A DNA stretch of 64,000 nt from an uncultured virus (IMG/VR IMGVR_UViG_3300032167_004205) (taxonomy: Duplodnaviria > Heunggongvirae > Uroviricota > Caudoviricetes). The notes below the pieces were generated by a model. It saw only the letters and a program-made list of their open reading frames with translations. It searched no databases and was not told where the DNA came from. Below, piece by piece: positions 9,583 to 17,010 of the stretch. Positions within the stretch are counted from its first letter, which is position 1, and each line of letters begins with the position of its first letter. A program made the position numbers and the translations under genes. The DNA lies in IMG/VR virus record IMGVR_UViG_3300032167_004205; one strand, written 5' to 3'.

Positions 9583-10260
9583 TTATATCAGTGTCACATT
9601 GTTTTCGATGGCAGCTTCCAGTTTCTCAGGCTGGATGCCGATATACCGCTGAGTTGTAGCGGGGCTGGAGTGCTGCAGGAGTTTTTGCACCAAGGCGATA
9701 TCGTAGCCATTTTTGGTGTAGATCTGCGTGGCGAAGAACTTCCGGAAGCTGTGCGTCCCGATGTTTTCATAGTCCAGGTACTCACAGACACGCTGCAGGT
9801 GTTCTTGGAGTGTGCGCACACTGACCGGGAAAATGCGGTCTTTGGGACCAATGCCATTCCGCAAACAGTAGTTGTCGATGTACATGTGCACCTGGCCCGG
9901 CACCGTGAACGTGCGGGCTTTTCCGGTTTTCGATTCGCTGATATTCAGGCGCCAACGGTCACCATCCCGCACAAAATCGGAAGGCTTCAGTTTAAGCACA
10001 TCACCGATTCGCAACCCAAGATTAGCCTGGATAACAAGAGCGGTCGCATTTCGATTGTTGGCTCGGAATCCACAACCGCCCGCTCTCATGGTGTCGATGA
10101 TCTCGTGATATTGTTCGACTGTCAACACGCGAGTGGCCTTGCCTTTCTCTTGGGGCCGTTTTTTCTTCGGCGCTGCCTCTTTTTGACCTTTTGCCTCGGC
10201 CAGTTCTGCTTCCAGCTTACGAATACGCTCGATCAACTCGTTATTTTCTTCATGTGTCAT
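9583..10260 (-). CDS. Small tyrosine recombinase (catalytic domain only)
   Basis: GLRIGD, KTGK, HSFRK, LLQHSS and TQRY catalytic motifs; 225 aa. Confidence 0.92.
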   Translation of the reverse strand: MTHEENNELIERIRKLEAELAEAKGQKEAAPKKKRPQEKGKATRVLTVEQYHEIIDTMRAGGCGFRANNRNATALVIQANLGLRIGDVLKLKPSDFVRDGDRWRLNISESKTGKARTFTVPGQVHMYIDNYCLRNGIGPKDRIFPVSVRTLQEHLQRVCEYLDYENIGTHSFRKFFATQIYTKNGYDIALVQKLLQHSSPATTQRYIGIQPEKLEAAIENNVTLI

Positions 10261-10279
10261 ATGTCGTTAAATCCTCCTT

Positions 10280-10363
10280 TTACCAGCGGCGCTTCTTTTT
10301 CTTGGGTGTGGCTTTCAGAACCACAGCAACAGGGGAGAAGAGGATCGCAAGAAGATAATACAT
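10280..10363 (-). CDS. 27-aa hydrophobic/basic peptide MYYLLAILFSPVAVVLKATPKKKKRRW
   Basis: GGAGG RBS and ATG; fills the gap between two genes; below the ORF-track cutoff. Confidence 0.7.
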   Translation of the reverse strand: MYYLLAILFSPVAVVLKATPKKKKRRW

Positions 10364-10376
10364 AAAGTGAAGCCTC

Positions 10377-10679
10377 CTAATCTTTTGCATAAAACGCTAC
10401 CCAAATATCGGTGTCAGGGTATATGCCGCGCATGATCCGGAAGGGAACACGGGGGAGACAAGCGACGGTAACTCCTTCGTCAATGGAACTCCACCGATTA
10501 TCGTCACCCTCATTCAGCCAGGCCAGTTGGTCTTGTATAAAACTGTCTAGGTCTGGGGCATCGGCATCATAGTATTCTCCTACGGCATAAAATACGTCAG
10601 GGATCAATCCGGGTTGTGGGTGGGATAAAACGCCTGGGGTCACTCCGGGCAATAGGTGTGAAAAATAGATTTTTTTCAT
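10377..10679 (-). CDS. Hypothetical protein
   Basis: GAGGAG RBS; operon context. Confidence 0.65.
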   Translation of the reverse strand: MKKIYFSHLLPGVTPGVLSHPQPGLIPDVFYAVGEYYDADAPDLDSFIQDQLAWLNEGDDNRWSSIDEGVTVACLPRVPFRIMRGIYPDTDIWVAFYAKD

Positions 10680-10883
10680 GTGTGGCTCTCCTCTCCGCCC
10701 CTTGTCTGGCCGGGGCGCTGCCTGCCTAATCTGTTTTCACCGGGTGCGGTGGCAATTCACCCGCTTGCCTTGGAGGGGCCGGCTCCCTCTGGCAGCGTCT
10801 GCTGTTCGCTCCGCACCATGGCGGGCGTTCTGTGCCGGTTTTTTCCTGTTGTTTTTCAATCAGAGCTTTTATATACTACAAGA

Positions 10884-10960
10884 GCTCCCTTTTCCTAAAC
10901 TTCTTTCAATACATTTGGGGGAGTGACCCGTCCTTGGTGGCCTTGGACGGGTCTTTTTTT
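10884..10960 (+). ncRNA. Putative ~75-nt antisense sRNA
   Basis: TTGTTT-17-TATACT (10849-10877), a hairpin, then terminator GACCCGTCC...GGACGGGTC-T7. Confidence 0.5.
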
Positions 10961-11027
10961 ATTCCCGCAACTTTTAGATTCAATTAAATGATGCTCTGAT
11001 GGACTGATCATCGTTTCGATTGCTTAT

Positions 11028-11056
11028 ATTCTAAATTAATTCCGCGCGTTTGTCAA
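11028..11056 (-). promoter_or_regulatory. SigA-type promoter for the recombinase operon
   Basis: Minus strand TTGACA-17-TAGAAT, overlapped by CCGCG(C/T)GTTT motifs. Confidence 0.7.
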
Positions 11057-11127
11057 TAAAAACCGCGTGTTTTTACAAAAATCAACGATGTAAGGCTTTT
11101 TTGAGTGGCCAACAGGCGTCAAGTAGG

Positions 11128-11529
11128 TTATTCTGCTTGGGGAGTTTGAACCTCTTCGACTTTCTGCAGCGCCCAACCTTCGGCATTCTCCTTGCCTTTT
11201 GCTTCTGCTTCTTCATAGGTGATAGCGTGAACGATGCTTTGGATGATTTTCCCTGTTGTGGGATGCTGGTAGGTACACCACCAACTTTTGAGTTCCCCAT
11301 ACGCCCACAGATAATTAGTATGTTGACCCCGCTTGCCGTGGTGCTGCTTCTCTACCAGATAGCACTCCGGGCGCAGTCTGTCCCAGGCGTCGGAGCGGAT
11401 ACGGTCACCCAGCTTGCCAGTCTGATCCTGCACATACACCAGATTTGCCCCGCGAAACTGGGGAATGACCAGTATCCGGCAACCCTCTTTCATCAAGGCT
11501 TGCGCCTGTCTATAACCTAAGTACCTCAT
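11128..11529 (-). CDS. Hypothetical protein
   Basis: AAAGGA RBS; operon context. Confidence 0.6.
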   Translation of the reverse strand: MRYLGYRQAQALMKEGCRILVIPQFRGANLVYVQDQTGKLGDRIRSDAWDRLRPECYLVEKQHHGKRGQHTNYLWAYGELKSWWCTYQHPTTGKIIQSIVHAITYEEAEAKGKENAEGWALQKVEEVQTPQAE

Positions 11530-11546
11530 ACGTTTCCTTTCTGCCC

Positions 11547-11771
11547 TTACTGGGTCTTGTTTTCTTCATTTATAATGTATTGCATCATCTGGATTAACTC
11601 GGCTTGCACGACACTTCGCACAAAAGCCTCCAGAAACAGTCGATTAAAGTTGCGACGGCTCAGAGTGGGGAAGTGGTCACATTGCATCGCGTCCAGCATC
11701 TCATCAGTGGTGGCAATGCGCTCAGCCTTGGTGCCGTCCCACTCCATCACACAATCAGGGAGTTTAGGCAT
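11547..11771 (-). CDS. Hypothetical protein
   Basis: AAGGTGA RBS; overlaps the upstream stop. Confidence 0.6.
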   Translation of the reverse strand: MPKLPDCVMEWDGTKAERIATTDEMLDAMQCDHFPTLSRRNFNRLFLEAFVRSVVQAELIQMMQYIINEENKTQ

Positions 11772-11997
11772 CTGTCAACTCACCTTCCTCGTCAGCAAAA
11801 CCGGCCGCAATGGTTTCCCGGTTCTCTTCGTCGGTGATTGTAAAGAAGATCGGGAAGAACAACCACCAATCCTCGCTACTCGTGTCCACGGCCTGAGTAA
11901 TAGCACAGGTTTCAACGATATGGATAGCTTCGTCCAGGGTCTCAGCGCTGTCGTAGTGTTCAAAGCCGTTTTTGTAGGTCAACGTGATATGTAACAT
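11764..11997 (-). CDS. Hypothetical protein
   Basis: AGGAGG RBS before ATG 11997. Confidence 0.6.
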   Translation of the reverse strand: MLHITLTYKNGFEHYDSAETLDEAIHIVETCAITQAVDTSSEDWWLFFPIFFTITDEENRETIAAGFADEEGELTDA

Positions 11998-12001
11998 TTT
12001 T

Positions 12002-12289
12002 TTAACCCTCCTTTTTGCTATCTCCGGTGGATGCCTCGTCAAAACTCTGGATTATGCTCCACTCGATCAGAGGCAGCGGCTCCATGTGGAGCATATCCCG
12101 CAAGGCCTCGTCTGTTCCGCAGGGGTTGCAGATATAGACGGTAGCACGACGGCTCAGAGCGTTGCGTGTGGGTTTGCAGTCCATAGTGTTTCGACCACAG
12201 CGGGGACAAGGGAGACCAACCGCAAGGCCCTTGCTCTGCATCTTTCCTAAGCTCTCCAACATAGTGCGAGCTTCTTCGATAGTTTTCAT
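12002..12289 (-). CDS. Small CxxC-CxxC zinc-ribbon protein
   Basis: CPRCG...NALSR....YIC..CGTDEAL motif; GGAGG RBS. Confidence 0.75.
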   Translation of the reverse strand: MKTIEEARTMLESLGKMQSKGLAVGLPCPRCGRNTMDCKPTRNALSRRATVYICNPCGTDEALRDMLHMEPLPLIEWSIIQSFDEASTGDSKKEG

Positions 12290-12303
12290 AGCATATTTCC
12301 TCC

Positions 12304-12486
12304 TTATTTATATAGTTCGGCCAGTTCAGACAGGATCGGCTCAGGCAATCCCCGGCAGCTGTAACCCTGGGTGGCGTATTTCTCTAAAATCTGGTCGATT
12401 GCGTTTCGGTCGGCGTCGTCCATGTCGGTGATCCAGAATGATATGGTGCCGTCGCCGTAATCTTCGACCATGCAAAACTCGCTCAT
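12304..12486 (-). CDS. Hypothetical protein
   Basis: GGAGG RBS; ATGA overlap. Confidence 0.6.
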   Translation of the reverse strand: MSEFCMVEDYGDGTISFWITDMDDADRNAIDQILEKYATQGYSCRGLPEPILSELAELYK

Positions 12487-12962
12487 GCAATATCCTCCTT
12501 CAGCAGTTCGATTTGGGTGTCAACGGCTACTTCGAACGACTCGAACGACTCGGGGCAGACGTAGAACTCCACGGTCTTTCCCATGAAAGACAGAACAAAC
12601 TTGGCATTATAGAACTCTTCGCAATCGTCGCTTTCTGCAAAAGCACTGTCTAACTTTTCGTGCATGTGGGCTTTAAAATCCTCGAACTGCTTGAGTTCCG
12701 CTTCGTTCCGTTTTCGGTACTCATAGGGCGTGACATACTCCGCAACGGTTTTCTCCAGCTCGGCCAGATTTCCCGTGATGGTGTCCTCACCATAGAACCA
12801 ACCGACGATTTGATCCGGTTCGTTGGCGCTGCCGCTATCCCAAATAATGACCTTATCGCTCGATGCAGAACCTCCCAGACAGCGCAACCCTTCCAATGCG
12901 TACTCCTTTTTTGTGCGGTCGCTCACATAAGAGAAACCGTTACGGGGATTAAACTTCAGCAT
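12483..12962 (-). CDS. Hypothetical protein
   Basis: AGGAGG RBS. Confidence 0.65.
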   Translation of the reverse strand: MLKFNPRNGFSYVSDRTKKEYALEGLRCLGGSASSDKVIIWDSGSANEPDQIVGWFYGEDTITGNLAELEKTVAEYVTPYEYRKRNEAELKQFEDFKAHMHEKLDSAFAESDDCEEFYNAKFVLSFMGKTVEFYVCPESFESFEVAVDTQIELLKEDIA

Positions 12963-13094
12963 GATTTGACCTCCTAATTTTAATTTTGATAGGGTGCGGC
13001 GTTTTCCGGCACACCGCCCAGGGCCTTGTGGGATCTAACTTCGATTTTTTCATTCCTCCGCATTCGATCCACCGTTTATAAGCTCCATTTTGGC

Positions 13095-13310
13095 TTAGAA
13101 ATATTGGCGGGGTTGTTGTTCCCACCCAGGGAAATACTCCCCGTAAGTACGGGCGCGGTAAGCTCTTTTGTTTTGTTTCTTTAACATGTTTTCAAAACGG
13201 ACAGCGTCAACAACTTCCGCAACATAATCAACTTTTGCGGTGCGGGGATCATATTTTTCAGGGGTATTTTTAACGACAATCCAAAGATAAGGCGCAATTT
13301 CTTTATTCAT
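13095..13310 (-). CDS. Hypothetical protein
   Basis: AAGGAGG RBS. Confidence 0.6.
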   Translation of the reverse strand: MNKEIAPYLWIVVKNTPEKYDPRTAKVDYVAEVVDAVRFENMLKKQNKRAYRARTYGEYFPGWEQQPRQYF

Positions 13311-13322
13311 CTGTTTCCTCCT

Positions 13323-14045
13323 TTACCGTACCGCATAGCGGGCCGACTGCGTCCAACCATCAAACCCATACAGGACCACGTCCGCGGGGAGGCCTCCGGC
13401 TTCGTTGGCAATTTCGGCGCGGATTTGCTCATCGTTCCAGCCGTGACAGTACATACAAAAGCCGCTGATTTCCTCGGGGGTTTCGGGGTCGGTTTCCTCG
13501 TCGTGGATCATCCACTCGCTGCCTGTGTTGAAATACTCGGTTTCGAAAATCTCGATCTCGGTGCGGGTCCAGTCGGCGGGGTGATACATGGTTTGCCAGT
13601 CGCTCTGACAGGTGCCGCGGATCGTAGTACACTCCCACGGCTTGCCGGTGATAAGCTCCAGTAACTCGCACATAGCGTCATCCTCGTCGGCGGGGCCGTT
13701 GCCCTCCATGAACAAGCGCCATTTATGCTTTTGCTGATTGCTCCAGGGCTTTCCGTCCTCGCGGGTAAAACCATAGTCGCGCAGAATTTCACCAATGGTG
13801 TAATCGTGCTTTTTGGGGTGCTGTCTGTAACCGTACCCAATCGACACATAATAACAACCATCGTTTTCCCATTCTCCCGCCATTTCGTCGAAATAACGGT
13901 TGATATGGTCATAAGCGGGGATCGTGTGGCTATTGAGCCGGGTGTTACCATCCAGTATCACGTTATCGGGCCAGAACTCATCGTCCAGAAACAAGGGGCT
14001 TTCTTGATGCTCTGGGGGAATCTGCCTTGCATAGACTTTTTTCAT
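13323..14045 (-). CDS. Hypothetical acidic phage protein
   Basis: GGAGG RBS; 240 aa. Confidence 0.7.
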   Translation of the reverse strand: MKKVYARQIPPEHQESPLFLDDEFWPDNVILDGNTRLNSHTIPAYDHINRYFDEMAGEWENDGCYYVSIGYGYRQHPKKHDYTIGEILRDYGFTREDGKPWSNQQKHKWRLFMEGNGPADEDDAMCELLELITGKPWECTTIRGTCQSDWQTMYHPADWTRTEIEIFETEYFNTGSEWMIHDEETDPETPEEISGFCMYCHGWNDEQIRAEIANEAGGLPADVVLYGFDGWTQSARYAVR

Positions 14046-14121
14046 GGTGCAAAACCTCCATATTATATAATTTTGAATGGAATGGGGTTGATAGGCTCAG
14101 CCCCTTAAAAGCCGCCGGGGA

Positions 14122-14274
14122 TCACAGGATTTCGAATGGATTAAAGGCGGTCGCTTTCTCCAGTACGGTTTCGATTACGGGGAAGTGGTTCAGCAAGGTT
14201 TCCCATGCGGGGGTTAGAACGGACAGAATACCAACGGCAGCCAAAGGCAAGCCCACAGAAAACAAGGTCAGCAC
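14122..14274 (-). CDS. 50-aa putative membrane peptide (MLTLFSVGLPLAAVGILSVL...)
   Basis: AAGGAGG RBS and GTG start; hydrophobic N-terminus; not in the ORF track. Confidence 0.6.
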   Translation of the reverse strand: MLTLFSVGLPLAAVGILSVLTPAWETLLNHFPVIETVLEKATAFNPFEIL

Positions 14275-14286
14275 GGCGATCCTCCT

Positions 14287-14889
14287 TTAGTGTTCATAGA
14301 ATGCGATTTCCTCGCCCTTTTTCAGTTCCCAGCAGCCGACGCCCTGACACGCGCACTCGGTACAATTGCCTCCGCAGATTTTCCAATGTTCTGCGGGCTG
14401 TTCACCCTTAAAAATTACATTCGCGACGGGCAGCTCGTGGGGGTTGGGCATATCCATCCCAGGCCATGCGGAAAAAATCAATTTCAGATTTTCGGGGATC
14501 GACTCGGTTTCCATGAACTGATTCACAATTTCATACTGTTTCGTAAACGCAAGGAATTGAGTCATGGGAAGTTCTCGCGCAATTCGGACCATCATTTTTA
14601 AATAATCCATGTTGACGATATCGCCCGACACATGCCAACGGAAAAAGCGGCTTGTGCAAGCAGCACTTTTCACTTGAAGCTCAAACGCTTCGGGGAACTC
14701 GTTCCACGCCTGAAAATTTCGGGTGTATGCGTTGCAGACGGATGGACGGATGCGGCAAATTCTCAGGGCGTAACAAACGCCATCTTTTCCGCATAGGCAG
14801 CCCTTTTTGCAAGTGATGACAGGCGGGAGGCTTACACTGGGCACAGCACCCAGTTTCGTGTTTCCGGGGGAAACGCTAATTTTCAACAT
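14287..14889 (-). CDS. GP88-like Cys-rich phage protein
   Basis: GNTKLG...SLP...TC...C.C.....CYA, FRWHVSGD and C.GNC..C.....CW motifs. Confidence 0.7.
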   Translation of the reverse strand: MLKISVSPGNTKLGAVPSVSLPPVITCKKGCLCGKDGVCYALRICRIRPSVCNAYTRNFQAWNEFPEAFELQVKSAACTSRFFRWHVSGDIVNMDYLKMMVRIARELPMTQFLAFTKQYEIVNQFMETESIPENLKLIFSAWPGMDMPNPHELPVANVIFKGEQPAEHWKICGGNCTECACQGVGCWELKKGEEIAFYEH

Positions 14890-14937
14890 TTTTCGCCCTC
14901 CTATTGACGATAGCGGCGGGCGGGTTTATAATAGCCT

Positions 14938-15010
14938 CGCCCTTGTTTGGTTCGGTTCCTTCGGGGGTTGCCTCGGATGCGGTCGCAACGCTCCGGGGCT
15001 TTTACTTTTT
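14938..15010 (+). ncRNA. Putative antisense sRNA
   Basis: TTGACG-16-TATAAT (14904-14931), then terminator GCCTCGGA...TCCGGGGC-TTTTACTTTTT. Confidence 0.5.
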
Positions 15011-15026
15011 GGGGATTTCGTGACTT

Positions 15027-15086
15027 CCCGCGACGGCCCAGTTTGGACCGTTTCGGCCGATCGTCAGTCGGCCATCGTCAGGCGGG
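15027..15086 (-). ncRNA. Hammerhead ribozyme (type I topology)
   Basis: CCCGC CUGACGA U GGCCGA-loop-UCGGCC GAAA CGGUCC-loop-GGGCCG UC GCGGG. Confidence 0.85.
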
Positions 15087-15087
15087 G

Positions 15088-15441
15088 TTATTCGGTATAA
15101 ATCAGCTTGTATGCCTTGCCCGCGTCGGGGTGCGTTTCTAAGGCTTCGCGGATAATCTCCCGCTCCGTTTCACCCCATCCGCAAGCCTCCAGACGGGTGT
15201 CCAAATAATCAAGGTGAATCGGCCAGACGGTCAAACTCTGAAGCTTTTCTTTGATGTCATCCAGATCGGAAAAGCTGGAGCACGTCCAAATCACGGCGGC
15301 CAGGGTGTCCACGCTTGCACCAGTTCGCAACAGGCTAAACAAACGGCTGTATTGCTCATTGTCACCCGAAGTAAACCAATCGTTTTCGATACACAGGTTG
15401 CGGAGATCGTCGGCCTCGATTTTGTTTTCGTATTTCTTCAT
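15088..15441 (-). CDS. Hypothetical protein
   Basis: AAAGGA RBS before ATG 15441 (MKKYEN); the upstream ORF extension is the ribozyme. Confidence 0.7.
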   Translation of the reverse strand: MKKYENKIEADDLRNLCIENDWFTSGDNEQYSRLFSLLRTGASVDTLAAVIWTCSSFSDLDDIKEKLQSLTVWPIHLDYLDTRLEACGWGETEREIIREALETHPDAGKAYKLIYTE

Positions 15442-15483
15442 ATCTGTTCCTTTCCGGCCGTTCTGGCCTTTCCGTTTCGGTTT

Positions 15484-15544
15484 CCCGTGACGCTCCTTTG
15501 TTGGAGCGTTTCGGCTTGTAACCATCAAGCCATCGTCAGACGGG
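15484..15544 (-). ncRNA. Hammerhead ribozyme (type I topology)
   Basis: CCCGU CUGACGA U GGCUUG-loop-CAAGCC GAAA CGCUCC-loop-GGAGCG UC ACGGG. Confidence 0.85.
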
Positions 15545-15997
15545 TTAAAGCAGATTCGCGCAATATTCACACTTTCCATTTTCTAGTGCGCGGGTGTCAT
15601 GCCATTTGCCACAACTTCCACACTTTTCGAAGTCTGCCCAATCCCCGCCGACCATGTGAACACTTTTGATGTTGTTTTCTTCGGCATAGCGGGTGGCATC
15701 GTCGAGGCTTTCATGTGGAGTTGTGACGGTTTGGCCGTGGGGGTCGGTGTGGGTCGTTTCATAGTAAATTGTGCAATAGACTTCTTCGATTGCGCCTTTC
15801 TGCACTTCGGTCTGTGCAATGATTTCTCCGGTTTGTTGGCTTTCAACAAGAAACTGTTCCGTATTTAATAAACGGTAGCTTGCGGGGTCGTGGATAATCT
15901 CCAGTGCTTTCTCTAAGGTGTAAGATCCAACCGTATACCATGCGGGGCGCTCATCATTGGGGTTATGCTCCCAAAACTTTACGGTTACATAATTCAT
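15545..15997 (-). CDS. Hypothetical protein with C-terminal CxxC-CxxC
   Basis: GGAGG RBS; CGSC...CEYC. Confidence 0.7.
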   Translation of the reverse strand: MNYVTVKFWEHNPNDERPAWYTVGSYTLEKALEIIHDPASYRLLNTEQFLVESQQTGEIIAQTEVQKGAIEEVYCTIYYETTHTDPHGQTVTTPHESLDDATRYAEENNIKSVHMVGGDWADFEKCGSCGKWHDTRALENGKCEYCANLL

Positions 15998-16203
15998 TTT
16001 GTGACCTCCTCCAAAAATCCGTTCTTGCTCAGACAGTCGAGAATGTACTGGTAAAAGGTTCGACCGTCGCGGTTGTCCTCGTCCATGCTCCGGAACTGTT
16101 CAAACAATTCCACTTCATTAATAATGTGTCCATCCTCGGTATCACGGTAAAGGCGCGCGGGGTTGGGTGTGTACTGGTTGGTCATGCGCTCCACTCCTTT
16201 CAT
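15994..16203 (-). CDS. Hypothetical protein, first gene of the leftward operon
   Basis: AAAGGAG RBS (true start is probably the second Met). Confidence 0.6.
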   Translation of the reverse strand: MKGVERMTNQYTPNPARLYRDTEDGHIINEVELFEQFRSMDEDNRDGRTFYQYILDCLSKNGFLEEVTK

Positions 16204-16216
16204 TTATCTATATACA

Positions 16217-16281
16217 ATTATACGCAATCGTTGCGTATATGTCACCGGCAAGGACCCACAAAATACGCAATCGTTGCGTAT
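16217..16281 (-). promoter_or_regulatory. Leftward promoter with two identical palindromic operators
   Basis: GTGACA-17-TATAAT on the minus strand; ATACGCAA-TCG-TTGCGTAT at 16220-16238 and 16263-16281. Confidence 0.75.
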
Positions 16282-16349
16282 ATTCTTTTAGGCGGATTGC
16301 CGGTGGTCGGTTCGGTTGCGGGTGTGGGTTAAGTTCACAGATTTTTTGT

Positions 16350-16900
16350 GCCCACAAAACGCGCGCGTATTTTTGTCCTCAGACGGGCTGTGTTGGTCGT
16401 TTGGGGTTTGGGTCATGTTGGCGCAAAACCGCGCGTTTTCGTCGATTATGCCGCGCGTTTTAATGGTTAAAATACGCCATTTTCGAAAACCCTTGTTTTT
16501 ACTGAATTTCACTCCGCGTGTTTTATGCAAAATGCGCGGAATAGGGGGAACCCTGGTGGAACCCACCCTGGGGGTGCTGCCGGACGGTCCTGGGTTGCTA
16601 CTAAGCCCCGACAGTAGCCGCAAAAATAAAAAGGGACCTTTCTAATTGTTGTGATACGGTTGTGACACATTTGTGATACAGCGCAAATCCCATTACACCA
16701 AGGATTGATGGGTTATTTGTATCACATGTATCAGTACTCATGAACAGTAGACGAAAACTGGAAGTGTGTTTCCATAATCCGAAAGGGGAGTGGGGGAGCG
16801 TACAAGTGATACAAAATTCGGGTGAGGGTCAATCCCGCGCCACGCCTGGCTCGACCATGTATCACACACTGTATCAGTAAAGTACTGGAAGTGATTTTTT
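16350..16900. repeat. Non-coding region with CCGCG(C/T)GTTTT and TGTATCA/TGATAC repeat clusters
   Basis: About 5 CGCG-type motifs (16359-16540) and about 7 GTATCA-type motifs in both orientations (16650-16880). Confidence 0.6.
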
Positions 16901-17010
16901 AAGATTTTTTTAATAAAAGAATTTAGTGTAAATGGTATCTTTTTGGAATATTCTGTGCTATTATGTTTTCAGAATATTCTGTCACTTGCAGTTTCGAAGG
17001 AGGTTATATT

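Noticed and set aside
10990..11025. Third hammerhead (CGAAAC on the minus strand)
   Set aside because: No CUGANGA core in register.
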